This document shows positions 1 through 12,290 of a stretch of 64,000 nt of DNA, in pieces (the first letter of the stretch is position 1; every line of letters begins with the position of its first letter). The stretch covers positions 1-64,000 of the forward strand of contig MU626298.1 in assembly GCA_025603075.1 (NCBI GenBank), given 5' to 3'. A program made the translations under genes and the position numbers. The stretch is from Neoconidiobolus thromboides FSU 785. Its lineage: Eukaryota; Fungi; Entomophthoromycota. The notes under the pieces are model-generated. The model was not told the origin of the DNA. It did no database searches and was given only the letters and a program-made list of their open reading frames with translations.

Positions 1-1848
1 AAACGAGAGAAAGTAAATGAAAGGATAGACCTTTTAGAGGCACAAACTAAACAGTTGTTTCAAGCGATAAATGAAATTGAATGTGAGTTAAAAAGTTCAA
101 CTTTAAGGTCAAAGTCAATTCTATACTATAATATTAAGAGATTAAATTATATCAAACGATATTTAATCTGGGCTAGTAACCAAATTAAGCTAAGTACAGG
201 TGCCTCAAAAGAATATTTAGAAACTAGATGTTGGGATTATTTCGCTATAAATATAAGAAAAGTAGAAAGTGTTATAGAGGATTATATGAAGTTCCATTCG
301 GATCAATTATATAGTTTGAGAAATCGCGGTGGTAGAAGCATAGAGCATGTGGGTAGTGAACCGAGCAAGTTTGATTATGGAAGTTTCTTAGAGATAGGGA
401 TAGATGCACATAATTGCATATTGGTAGGATCAGGCTCCGAGTTTACCAGTCAAGAGTTAACTAAAATAATTAAAGACAAGAAAGGCGATTTTATCTATTA
501 TACTGTGCTAAGTACATTTGGATTTTTTCATGATACGGCAAAAGATATATTTAATAAAGCCTACAATGAGTCTGCCAATCTGTTTTATCAGAGCATTAAT
601 ACAGTAAGCTTTGTGACTTTAAAAGCATTGGTACTATTTATTAAAATGAGCTGCTATGAATCGGATATTAACTTGATAAAAAGCGTTTTTCCAATAGTAT
701 TGAGAATGGCTTATTGCCTTGGGATTGATAAAATTGATTTGAAAGCAGATTTGCAAAATAAATCAAAACAAGAAGCTTGTTTGATACTAAAGAAGTATAA
801 ATTATGGGCTTATATTTTATTCATCATAAATGCAGATTGTATGGACTTCTTTGATCATGACACTCTTCCAAAACATATAAGTAGTGAACCTATTGATATG
901 GAACTATTAGACCAACTTGAAAACAAGTATTCTTCTTGTAATGGTAGATGCATGGATAAAAAGAGGGCAACTTCGTTTATTTGGTTTAACTCGATTGATA
1001 CCTTTTCTATTATTTATAGCCCTTTTAAAGCAGTCAGTAATTCCGTCCCCAACTCTGAACGAACCTGCTATAACAAATTAGAGTTGATATACAATGATTC
1101 TCGACAAGCTCAACAAGCAATAAAATGGCATATTCAACCTAATAGGAACTTTATTATTGAAGAACACTCAAGGAGTAGCAGAAAAGAACCGCTTTGTATG
1201 CAAAATTATCTATGCCGCTTTTCTGATAAATTTTGCATCTATCATAAATTTTATCTTTTAGTTCGTTACTCTATATTGCTCTACTGTAATCAGATTTATT
1301 TAATATGTCCCTCACTTCTTAATAACACAGCCCAGAGGCAAGTATCGCCAAAAGATATATTAATAGTATTAGAAGCAGCGCTTAAAATAGCATCAATTTA
1401 TAAAATACTAATTTATGTTTATTTTGAGAATATTGTTGGGCAATTAAGTGAAACACCAGATAATATCGGGCTTGTAAGCCAAATCAAAACTTATTTAAAC
1501 AATAACGTGAAACCCAATACAACAGATATAGTCAATAAGATGATTTATTCAATTTTGAAGATAATCCAATTTGAAGAGCTACTCAATGCCTTTTATGTAT
1601 TCCTTCTAGCAATAACATGCGAGAAATTTCAACTTCAAAGTAATTGTCCTAATGAAGTAATGGACTTTTTGAAACAAAATTGTATATCTATTTTAGAACT
1701 ATTTCAACTTGCTTATAACTTGGAAAGATTTACTAATAAATCTGATATCGATTTTGTAATTCAAAGAGTTCAAATACTATTATTTGAGTTCCCTATTTGT
1801 TCTGATTTTAGATGTACTTTACTTGATTGTTTAAATAATAAGGAGTAG
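1..1848 (+). CDS. Fungal-specific transcription factor (Zn2Cys6/Fungal_trans-like), 5' partial
   Basis: The frame is open from base 1 (KREKVNERIDLLEAQTKQL, coiled-coil linker style). The central segment ...VLRMAYCLGIDK...KKYKLWAYILFIINAD resembles the fungal TF middle-homology region. Any Zn cluster would lie upstream of the window. Confidence 0.65.
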   Translation, partial: KREKVNERIDLLEAQTKQLFQAINEIECELKSSTLRSKSILYYNIKRLNYIKRYLIWASNQIKLSTGASKEYLETRCWDYFAINIRKVESVIEDYMKFHSDQLYSLRNRGGRSIEHVGSEPSKFDYGSFLEIGIDAHNCILVGSGSEFTSQELTKIIKDKKGDFIYYTVLSTFGFFHDTAKDIFNKAYNESANLFYQSINTVSFVTLKALVLFIKMSCYESDINLIKSVFPIVLRMAYCLGIDKIDLKADLQNKSKQEACLILKKYKLWAYILFIINADCMDFFDHDTLPKHISSEPIDMELLDQLENKYSSCNGRCMDKKRATSFIWFNSIDTFSIIYSPFKAVSNSVPNSERTCYNKLELIYNDSRQAQQAIKWHIQPNRNFIIEEHSRSSRKEPLCMQNYLCRFSDKFCIYHKFYLLVRYSILLYCNQIYLICPSLLNNTAQRQVSPKDILIVLEAALKIASIYKILIYVYFENIVGQLSETPDNIGLVSQIKTYLNNNVKPNTTDIVNKMIYSILKIIQFEELLNAFYVFLLAITCEKFQLQSNCPNEVMDFLKQNCISILELFQLAYNLERFTNKSDIDFVIQRVQILLFEFPICSDFRCTLLDCLNNKE

Positions 1849-3586
1849 AAGCAATTCGTCAAAACTACATAAATTATAATCCATTTTTTATAGATACCCA
1901 AGTATCAAAAATTTCATGCTCCCCTTTTTTTAGAAGTAGCTAATACTATAGTACAATCTTATTTTTGTCTTTAATAAGTTGATCCCTCAAGCATCTCTAA
2001 ATTTTTGAAAAGGCGACCAAGGTTAATTCCTTGTAGCATTAAAGTCACTAATTGATTTGGTTGCTTAAATCTACGGCTCCACTGATTAAAAGCCACTTCT
2101 GGCTATGACATAAATATATAGCATATGCGTTTGATGGGTTAATTAAATCCTTGTATTTATGGTAACCAAATATATTACTATAAAATTTTAATGAGCAATT
2201 AGAAAATCAATTCGTCATTAAAAAGGATAGGGATAATTGCAAGGTTTCCACATCCAATGAAAAACAAAAGCCTATATCTAAAGCTTATTATGTTAATCCT
2301 TACAAATTTAAACAGCTAGTTAAATCAAACGATATACTCTGTTAAATGAAACTTTGATTTTATATAAATCAATGGTGTATAATATTAAACTGATAAAACT
2401 CCAGAAGCTGTTCTTTTTTTTCTTGCTATATTTGCATAATTATTCCTTAAGCATATATATTAGTAAAATAGTTCAATTAATATACATTAAGCTAAACACT
2501 GAAGTCGTGCTAGGAAGTAAATTATTTTTTCTAATTCACTGTATGGGGGTGTTTTTTTTATATAGTCTATATAACTAAAATTGGCTAGAAATTTTGGTTT
2601 ATTTATTTACTATGTTACTTTTTATTTTATTTTTTTATTTTATTTTTTATTTAAACTAAAAAATTATCGATACTTTTATCTAAAAATATTATAAAATTTA
2701 GTGCTCAAAGCTTGGTTGCTTCAAATTAATTATAAAAAGCTGAGAATTAAAAAAATTGTAATAACTTATTAAAAGTGTAAAACATGAAAAGTTATTTGAT
2801 AAAATGTAAAATATATTAGCAATAAAAAAATAAACAATAAAATTTTTATAGTAAAAAGCTGAGAATGTATATAATACTTAAGCTTCAATTATATAATAGA
2901 TACAACATAAGAACGTTTATTAGTTAAACTTGAAATTTCTTGAAACTATTTTTTATCTAAATCTTGATTAGCATAAATTTTTAATAATTTACTGTATAGT
3001 AAATTATTAGATATGTTGAATAGCCCCGATTTTCAGCTTTATTTTAATTAATAAACATCTTCGTGTTAGCTATCTTGTCTTTATTTTGAATTGAATGTCT
3101 TTTGTTTTGAATTATAGTTTTATGGCTTAACTTCTCACAATTACTTACAAGCTCAAAAACACATTAGTCATTTTATTTGTCAACCTTTTTAGTAAAGGAA
3201 TTTTAATAATACAGTAATTAATGAATAAGGCATCAAATGACAATATAGTTTAAAAAATTAATTTTTATTATATCAAAGCTAAAATCTTTGTATTATAAAC
3301 CTTGACATTTGACTAAAATATATTTGTTTTCATATCAAACAATGAAGATAATGCAATAAATATCATTGAAAATCGCAATATCCAAAAACACCTATTAGCC
3401 AATGAAAGCTTGTTGAGTAAAATAGCCAATTCTTTTTTGTTAACCCAAATGGGCAAAAATGAGAACAAATTTAAGAAACGAAATTTGCAACCAAATGATA
3501 TATATTCCAAATATTAATGTAACTTAAATGGAACATCCACTTTTGCTTACAAATACTTTAACTTAGCGTACAATTGGCAATTAACT

Positions 3587-5086
3587 ATGACTGGCTCAAA
3601 ACAAGATAAACTAGATCCTATTTTCAAAGATAAAAAAATTCAACTTACCCCAGTGAAATTCTCTAAACTTTTAAGCACTCATTCACCAACTAAAACCCGT
3701 CGCAACCTAGCAATCAAAACTAGGAACTCAACTTTTAAACAATCTAAGTATAGGTTTACAACGAACCAACAAAATCAAGATCATATTGAAGCTTTAGCAA
3801 ATAAAATATTGAGCGCTGAGCTTAACATAAAGAAAAGGACTTTAATTACTTATAGTGAAAATAGTGATTTCCACGATTTAGAACGCTATTTGGGCAATAG
3901 TGAAGGTATGCAGCTTGAAGCAAGGCGGAAGATTGCGAAATTAACGAACGATGAAAAGCTAGCATTTCGAGATCCAATAATGTTTGAGTATTATAAACAA
4001 GGTTTTGATAATACTATCAAGCTTTGCAATTCTTTGAAGCATGACAATGTTTTAAGTGCAACATTGCTTGAGGATAAAACAAAGTTTGAACATCATTTAA
4101 ATAGGACCAATGAATCGGATCAAAAGCCTTTAAGTTTTACATATGGAGATCATGTACCAACAGATCCTGGGATGAAAATGATTACCTGGCTTGATGAAAA
4201 TAAAGTTGCAATTTCAGTCAGTGGTAAAATGTCGGATGCTTATCTATTTGTTTATGATTTTAAAGCAGACAGACTATATCAATATCAACCCCATTTCCTC
4301 GAAGATAAATTTAATTCGGTTTGTGCTAGTTATTGTGGAACTAAATTAACTTTGGCCTTTTCAGGGTGCATTATAGGTATCTTGGATAATGAAGCTCGTA
4401 CTATCACAAGATTTTTACTACCAGAAGTCCAGCTTGATCCAGAACTTCAGGCCATGAAAACTTATCTTCTTAGCGAAGATTTACTGCTGATTAGTTTTGA
4501 TAATGGAGAAATCGTGTTGTATGATATTGCGAAAAAAATCATAAAAAATAGGATTAAGGCCCACTTCAGTAAAGTGATTGATTTTATAGTTACTAAGAAA
4601 GGGCATCTAGTAAGCATAAGTGAAAGTGGAGAGTTAAAAATGTTTGATTTAAATAATGAATTTAAAGTTTTGTTGGAACATTGTGAAGAAAGGGGGCCTA
4701 TTATTGCTGTGGATTCCTGTCCATGGAGACCAACGATATTAGCCTTAGGTATAGGGGACAAGAAGGGAACTATAAGATTTCTAGATACCTATGATCAGAA
4801 AATGATCGATACTTTAGTTACTAATGCCGCTCTTTGTAATGTCCATTTTTCTTCAAAGAATAAAGAAATCGTTACCACACATAAAGTTGACGATGGTAAC
4901 ATTAAAATCTGGTCTTTTCCGGGCCTTGGACTTGTTAAACAACTGAAATATGAAAAGGAATCAGATAGAAAATTGCTCCATTCTGGGCTTTCACCAAAAG
5001 GTACTAAAATGGTCACTATCCATCGCAGGAGAAACATATGTCTCTGGCAGAGTATTACGCAGTATCTTGAAGAAAGGGCTGATTAA
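3587..5086 (+). CDS. Divergent Cdc20/Fizzy-like WD40 protein
   Basis: C-terminal blades (SCPWRPTILALGIG...IRFLDT...NKEIVTTH...IKIWSFPGL...LHSGLSPKGTKMVT) align by eye to the Cdc20/Cdh1 propeller. Intronless 499 aa ORF. Confidence 0.75.
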   Translation: MTGSKQDKLDPIFKDKKIQLTPVKFSKLLSTHSPTKTRRNLAIKTRNSTFKQSKYRFTTNQQNQDHIEALANKILSAELNIKKRTLITYSENSDFHDLERYLGNSEGMQLEARRKIAKLTNDEKLAFRDPIMFEYYKQGFDNTIKLCNSLKHDNVLSATLLEDKTKFEHHLNRTNESDQKPLSFTYGDHVPTDPGMKMITWLDENKVAISVSGKMSDAYLFVYDFKADRLYQYQPHFLEDKFNSVCASYCGTKLTLAFSGCIIGILDNEARTITRFLLPEVQLDPELQAMKTYLLSEDLLLISFDNGEIVLYDIAKKIIKNRIKAHFSKVIDFIVTKKGHLVSISESGELKMFDLNNEFKVLLEHCEERGPIIAVDSCPWRPTILALGIGDKKGTIRFLDTYDQKMIDTLVTNAALCNVHFSSKNKEIVTTHKVDDGNIKIWSFPGLGLVKQLKYEKESDRKLLHSGLSPKGTKMVTIHRRRNICLWQSITQYLEERAD

Positions 5087-5677
5087 ATTAGGGATATAGA
5101 TGATTATTAAATATTTAAGTAAAAAACCATACTTTCTAATTTTTTATAGTTAAAACTACCTTTGTTTTCATAACTAATATATTAAAATTATTGATGCTTA
5201 TATGATATGTTCTGGTCACAATATTATATTTCCAAACCATTTAGGAAGCCTGAATTTAGCTCTTTTGTGATTCTTTTTTTTTAAAGTAGCAACTTGATAT
5301 CATATACAAAGCATCTACTAATAGTGATGAAAAGTAAGCATAGACCCAAGTATTATTTTATTCAATTATTTGAAATAATCCAGATTTGTAAAGGAGTTAT
5401 GAAATAACAAAGATGAATTATTGAATAGATTATTTATCGATGGTTTATTGATATTATAACTGCAAATAACTTCGCTTAAAAAAGTGGGCGTAAGAATACT
5501 GGACTTTACTTCTCACTCTAACACTTTGTAAATAAAGTATTATTTAGAACAATAAAAACATAAATTAAAATCTAGCTATGATTTTACTAAAATCTTAATC
5601 TCCATTACCATATGGGAAGAATGGAAAAAAGCTATAAATTATAATTAATATTTCCCAAAATTAAAAAAATTAAGAGA

Positions 5678-6811
5678 TTACTTAGAAGTCGTAGAGGAAT
5701 GCCTTGAAAAGTAATCAAAGTCCAGTGTGATTGCAGTAGCTAAAGCCACAGCCCTTTCATCAAGACTAAGTTTCCTTTTTGTTTGGGGTAGCGAGTCCAT
5801 GACTAAAGAGTAATGACCAGTATCTGTAAAAATCTAAGACAATATAAAAAATGTTTCTTATATATAATTTTAAGCATAGTTTACCTCCCTAGCAAACCCC
5901 GAAAAACTTCTTGAGATAAAAGCTAACAGGTCGTTATCTTTATCCTTTAACTCAAAATCCCACGAAAGGAAAGGGGCATCAATATAGGCAAACTGTTTAT
6001 ACCTGAGAATTTTATTGGTTTTATTTTTGTTGATGTATCATTAAACTTACCCAATAAATAATGCATACTTCCTCCTCCAAAGATGCCATTCTTTTTGGAC
6101 TTCACCAATCACTTCGTCTTCTTTAGTAGATATAAATATTCTAGAATTAATAAACCAAAACGGGCGATAAGTCTAGATATTATTAATCGAAATTTCATTT
6201 TACTCTTAAAATATTACTTTCAATATAACATTCCCCTGTGGGTCCAATATATAAGCTTTGAATGGGCGATGTGTGCGCAATACTTGTCTCATAATTGTGG
6301 TCCAAAAACTGCTTTCTTCAACTAGATAACCAACTGTTTGACCTACTTCATCGTAAATTACATATTTGTTGTTTTGTTCAAAACCCTGGAGAATAGAATA
6401 TAAGAACTAAGTTAGTATGAGTTAATAGTATAAATACCATAAAGACATTCAACATCTCTAACTGTCTAACAATAGTTAAGGTGCCATGCGATAAGGTGGC
6501 GACCACTAAGCTATCTTTATGCAACTTATCTTGTTCATCAGTTGGTAGATTATCTATTACTTGAATGCTGTTATTATTGTCTATAGCTATCTTCTTTAGC
6601 TTGTTCTGTTGAATTCGTAAATCGCGTGCTTTTTTTTGATACCTGTCATCAAATAAACCTAAAAAAGTTAATAGCTTTAGACAGTTTCTACTTGATGTAT
6701 ATTACTTGTTCTTCTTAATGGGGAGTAAAATTTATTATTTATAGCTATACTAGGGGCTAAGATGCTTCTATTTAAGATACTTTTAAGTGGCTTTAAATTG
6801 GCTATATACAT
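5678..6811 (-). CDS. AIM25: Mitochondrial phospholipid scramblase family protein (multi-exon; absent from ORF track)
   Basis: Manual splicing gives MYIANLK...GFEQKNKYVIYDE...MRQVLRTHRPFKAYILD...RPFWFINSRI...GEVQKEWHLWRRKY...IDAPFLSWDF...FTDTGHYSL...LSLDERAVALATAITLDFDYFSRHS, which are Scramblase/Aim25 motifs. Introns are GT-AG. Confidence 0.9.
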
Positions 6812-7549
6812 GGGAAGAACAAATAAAATGAGTTTTTAAATTGAGATTTAAAATTTAAGTTTTTTGATCAAAATTCAACAAGCTTTGTGCTTAACCAATG
6901 ACGTGGTGTGATAAAAATAGACAAAAATATGTTTTTTTGTATTTAATATCAAGGAAGAGGTTGATCGTTGATCATATCATATTATAATTAGTGTAAGTAC
7001 AATTTAAGTAAACCGGGTAAGACGATGGACCAAACCTTATGGGAATAAAGTTTAAAGTGACACTTATAATGAAAAATAATAAATTTAATTCATTGATTAA
7101 AAGTATAGATGCAATTATTATTTGTATAGGTATAGTGGTTTAAAAATAAGAAATATAGTGATGAAACGAGTAATTGTATTTAATCATAATAGATATGAAA
7201 GAGGCCTTTTAAAATAAAAGGAGAGCGTTAGTTTAGGTCAAATGAATTAGAGTACTTTCACTTTTAGGATAGCAATTAAATATTAAACCATTAACATTCT
7301 ACCTTATACCTGTTCATTTTATAGCTTAATTGTAAAAACCGCCCTGTACCAACTTTTAAGTCTAAAGATTTAATAGCCACTTCTCTTTACATTTTGTATA
7401 AAATCGTTTTGAACTGAATATTTTTCTTCTTAAAGGCCAAATCACGTTCCAATAAAAATTCAAATAGCTAGTTATTTAATGCTTCTTTAATTTTCATATA
7501 ATAAAATAACTTAAACAGTACTACTTATAAGTATAAACAATAATTAAAT

Positions 7550-9204
7550 TTAATCGATATTAGACTGAATAGAGGTGATTTTTTCCTTTCTTTTTTCAAT
7601 GAAGAAGCAAACGAGGCCCATGACAAACAATATAGCATGGAATATCCCCATAATAATAAAGGGTGCCCCTGGACGCCAATGGTCAAAGAGATAGCCACCT
7701 AATTTAGAGCAAATAATAATACCTAAGCCACCAAAAAACGAGTAAAGCCCAGACACAGTTCCCCTTAACTCAGGCTCAACAGTATCATGAGCAGATAGGA
7801 AAGACAACGATGTAACAATAGTACCTATCTCACCAACGCCTAACAGGCAAATAAACAAATAAACAATCTTATTGTAAGGTGAAGAGATAAATCCAAATCC
7901 AAAGTACCCAACAGCACCTAGCAGAGAAGATAAACTTAATACCATGGAGGCTTTTATTTTGGTTAATAATATCCCTACAATGGGTGCTCCTATCAATGCA
8001 AACACTTGTGCAATACCAGATAGCATCATTGCTAAACTATAAGCACTACGGCATTGTTCTTTCACTATGGCTGGATCGGTGAGATCTCCATCGTCACTTA
8101 TAAAACATTTGTTTTCATTGATAAACAACTTGACTACCCAAGCACTTATAAATACAGTAAGGATTATAGTATCTCCACGAGCCTAAATTTAAAGATGAGT
8201 TAGATAATACTGAAAATTAAACTCTACTTACCACAAAGCCAGATATATAAGCCATGGCAATACGCAAATCAGTGAAAAATAATTTACAAGCTCTTGGTAG
8301 TTTATTTATTCCATGAATAAACTCCTCTTTCATTGTTAAAGTGTTCCCATTCACATCGATGGCTCTATTATTATTTTTAGGAAAAGTGAAAAAATTAATG
8401 ATAGACCATACAATTGCTATAGCCCCAACTATATATAACGTGACTATCACAGACTATAAGATAATTAGTATTGATTGTTCAACAATAATAATGATCTATT
8501 ACCTGGGTTTGAGAGCCAGTGCGTTTCTCTAAGGAGGCTGGTAAAGGTACTAAAACAAATACTGAAACAACAGCACCTAAAAATAATAAGTATCACTTTT
8601 TAAGTATATAATAATATATACCTAGCCCGGAAAACATCCCAACAATGCCCGAAGTCATTCCATTTTTATGCCCCACGGTATCTGCTAAGCCTGCAGCAAC
8701 CATTGAGGTGATAGCAGAAGCACCAATGGCAAAGAACAATCTCACTATTAACAAATCCGGAAGCACCCTTGAAGGTAATGTATAAAAAAATAGAGCTAAT
8801 CCAACAATTAGGAATCCCAAAGAAAAGGTTATCCTTCTTCCAATTCTATCGGATACTAAGCCCCATACAATGACCATTATGATTGAAACAATCTCGTCCC
8901 ATAAAGTAAAAGTGGCACTCAGCTCACCTAAACCAGCCGTTTCTTTGTATTTGAAAGCGAATAGAAAGGCTTGAATCTGATTTATAAATACTATGAAGCA
9001 GATGGAAAAGAAAACGCAGATTAAATAAGTTATGAAATTTAAGATACTAACATTGCCTTGTAAATGAATAAATTTTAAAAAGGTTCTATCTTTGATTTCA
9101 GTATCCTTGATAGCTGTAGCTTCATTATTAATTAGTCCTTGATTGGTTTGAGTTTCTAAGTCCACCAAACTAGCCTTATTACTGCTCTGTGGTGAAGTTG
9201 CCAT
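7550..9204 (-). CDS. Major facilitator superfamily transporter (multi-exon)
   Basis: Exons seen as ORFs 8593-9225, 8217-8450 and 7550-8128. Motif A-like WGLVSDRIGRR, many TM helices, GGYLFDHW near the C-terminus. Confidence 0.88.
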
Positions 9205-10096
9205 TTTTTCGAATCCTTCAATCAACTTTTATTAAACTTTTTTGTTTTTATACTCTCTTTATTATTTTCGCCTTATTATTTTTATCAGATTTAAATAAAA
9301 AAATTCAAAGAATAGTCTAAAAAAATAAAAAATAATAATAAACTTGAATTTTCTTACTTTTGTAATCTTTACAAATGTTATCTGCCCAACACTATCCCTT
9401 ATTCTTTCCTATCTGATCAACTATGGACCAATCATTTTTCCTTCAACTCTATTAAACCATCTTTATTACAGCCAAAGGATCTTTATTAGGCAATTATAAT
9501 GCCAATCAGATAACACACAGTAGGAAAGAAATTAAATTTTTCCATTTATTAATATTTCAAATAACATAAATATAAGTGAGTAAGAATTAGTTTATTTAAT
9601 TTTATTCTGATTTTATTAATTTGGCTGCATGTTAAGCTAATTTGGAAGTTTTCTAAACACTAAAGTGAGAGATATTATACAAAGTAGCTATGATATCTGC
9701 TTTTGTGATGTAATTATACCTAAAGTTGAACTCTCATCTGTGGATAGCGATTTATTAAATAAAAAATGGTCATTTGATATTTAGTTTAAAAGCGGCAATC
9801 CAGTTTAATTTATAAAATCGTATGATAAACTAACAAAAATTGTCGTTATCAAAAGTATTTTTTACACTGACAATCTGCTTTGAATTTTTGCAACTTTGGA
9901 TTGGATTTTTAAGTTGACCTTAAAAACAATAATTCTACATCTACATTCTCGAAAAGTAGACCTACTGAGCCTAGGCTAGGCCTCTTTAGTTTCTTCAATC
10001 AGGTCATTTTGATACCCATTATGATATTATCTGATCTCTCTCTTCACTATATTTTCTGATCCTTTAAACGTTGATTATCGTTACAATGAGATCAAT

Positions 10097-10127
10097 AAAA
10101 CATAAAAACATAAAAACATAAAAACAA
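10097..10127. repeat. Short tandem repeat (AAAACAT)n
   Basis: About four consecutive heptamer units. Confidence 0.7.
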
Positions 10128-10341
10128 AAATAATAGATGCCTTTATTTAAGATTCTAAAAATACTTTAAGAAAATGTAATGACTAAAATTTTTTTTATTT
10201 AAATAACGTATTGTTATAGTTAATACGTAATGTTATCATATGTATACTCATTGTACTTACTCTAGTTCATAAAATAAAAATTTACAGTTGTTAATCCATC
10301 GATATTTATAAATTCCATTATAAAGAAAAAATAAAGAAAAA

Positions 10342-10443
10342 ATATGAGGATGTTTTGATTTCATTATTTTTTTATTTTTTAAGCGCTGTTTGGGTGAAAA
10401 GATTGTTAATAAAATTCTTAAACACAAAAAAACATCCTCATAT
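10342..10443 (+). mobile_element. MITE family copy a (with ATAT TSDs)
   Basis: ATAT-GAGGATGTTTT...AAAAACATCCTC-ATAT; internal AAGCGCT core. Confidence 0.88.
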
Positions 10444-10600
10444 AGTATATTTAGTAATATTCACATAATAGTTTTTATCTTCACTTATTAAAAATAATAA
10501 TAATATAAATCTAAGGTAATACCAAAAAGATGACATTTCTTTATTAAAAATTATTTTTTAAAGCACTACCTGGTGTATATTTATTTTAAATTAAGATTAA

Positions 10601-10691
10601 ATAAGCATGTTTATTTTGATTTCATTTTTAAGCATTATTTGAGTGGGAAAATTGTTAGCAGAATTCTTAACAAAAAAATACATCCTCAAAC
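10601..10691 (+). mobile_element. MITE family copy b (degenerate, internal deletion)
   Basis: AAGCATTATTTGAGTGGGAAAATTGTTAGCAGAATTCTTAACAAAAAAATACATCCTC matches the 3' half of the consensus. Confidence 0.75.
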
Positions 10692-10986
10692 GCTATTTAG
10701 CTAGATAACAATACTAACAAAACAGGGTTAAAGTTTAATTAAATCATAATATATTTTAAGCTATAAGAGTACGCTTTCTATTAGTTTGCTGCGAAATTGA
10801 TTTCATTTAAACCCTTCTATTCTTTTTTAACTTGTCGTTAATATACTTTGTAGTGAATTTTTGGCTTATCCTATCTAAAACTTGTTAATTCATTATAAAA
10901 GAAAGCTATGACAAATTAAAAAATAATAAAAGCATCTGAATGCCAACAGTTTTTAAAAGATAAATTAAACAAATGCTGAAAACGAG

Positions 10987-11091
10987 ACATGAGAATGTAT
11001 ATTTTGTTCAAGAAATTTACTAAAATTTTTCTACCTAGGAGCCCTTGAAAAATGGAAAAAGAGATAAAATAAAGAAAACTTAACCTCATTA
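10987..11091 (-). mobile_element. MITE family copy k (degenerate)
   Basis: GAGAATGTATATTTTGTTCAAGAAATTTACTAAAATTTTTCTAC...AAAAATGGAAAAA...CCTC aligns end to end with the copy at 61834. Confidence 0.7.
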
Positions 11092-11190
11092 ATCATTTAG
11101 AATCTTAAACAAGATAACTTTTAACTTCAAACGAATACATCGTAGATAACAATAATATTTAAGCAAAAAATATGTTTATTCCTTTTATAA

Positions 11191-12290
11191 TTACAAACTG
11201 CCAATCTTAATTAAAGTCTTACTGAAACTCCTAATTTCAAATATATCGATGAAAGCAACTGGAAGATTTCTGATTTTCTCAGTAATATGTTCTTTGTATT
11301 TCATTTTATCTTTAATTAAATACTTGGCGAACGTTTCAAAAGTCTTAGGGAAGAGATCCAGCCTATCGTTCATCATAAATCCTTCCATACATATTCTTTT
11401 ACCAATTATTTGAGTCAAATTATCAACTCTGTCACTTTGTCTATCTTAGTTATACTGAGAGACTATACCACATGGTAGGATATGGTACTTACTATTAGTT
11501 ACTTCTAATAGAGCCTCAGATATTTTTCCTCCTATATTTTCAAAACAAATATCAATACTATTAAGATAATGTTAGGTATTGATACTAAATTATCGTATTT
11601 CTTATAACTAAACGCAACATCAAAGTTCAATTCTTTTAATAAATACTTTACTTTATTACGACTGCCAGTTGATCCAACTCTTCTTAATCTTGACTGTCTA
11701 CAATATTGACCTACTACTTGACCTACAGCCCCAGGAGCAGCATAGATAAATATAGGCTCTCCTTGCTTGATAGGCTAATAGGTAGTATGTAATTTAATAT
11801 AGATGGTGGCACCTGGTATAATGGTAATGTCTAAACAGTAAGTAAGTGACACCTTTGATTCACAGGCATTAGAAGTCGACTTAGCATTAGCGGCTGAAAT
11901 GATAGCATATTCTGACCAGTCTGTAAAACCAGCTACAATCTCACCTTTTTTTTAATTTATTGGAGTTAGAGGTTATTACTTCATATACAATAATTCCGTT
12001 CAATGGCTTATTAAATTGAAAAGCTTGGAGGCACTTCTTAGATCCTGTGTCTTTGCTCGATGGCTTAATAAGTTAATCTTCACTTGGATGCAATCCATCA
12101 CACATACAAGGATCAACTGAAGCATACAAATTATGTACTAACAACTAATCTTTTTCTAATGATACATTGTTGAGATCAAACTCTTATTTGACTGTTTCAA
12201 AGTTATCATTGATGGTTGGTAGCCTTTTAGACGGGCTTTATAAATTACTTTTGTGTTGCTGACTATTGCTTGTTTTAGTTAATTTATCAT
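11191..12290 (-). pseudogene. NADP-dependent MDR oxidoreductase (prostaglandin reductase/PTGR-like) pseudogene
   Basis: Relic peptides ...LYASVDPCMC..., GEIVAGFTDWSEYA, IYAAPGAVGQVVGQ, IIGKRICMEGF...MKYKEHITE. Several in-frame TAA/TAG stops and frameshifts. Confidence 0.8.

Noticed and set aside
1950-2300. Possible relic coding sequence on the minus strand (similar impressions at 24700-25000, 57850-58450 and 61150-61450)
   Set aside because: There is no identifiable motif, so it cannot be distinguished from intergenic DNA by eye.
4462-5037. Antisense ORFs inside the Cdc20-like gene, and similar ones in the chitin synthase, P450 and TRM10 genes
   Set aside because: They are short shadow ORFs opposite real coding sequence, with no motifs.
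11191-12290. Stop-codon reassignment as an explanation for in-frame TAA/TAG
   Set aside because: The same regions contain frameshifts, and intact genes end in TAA, TAG and TGA with no internal stops.
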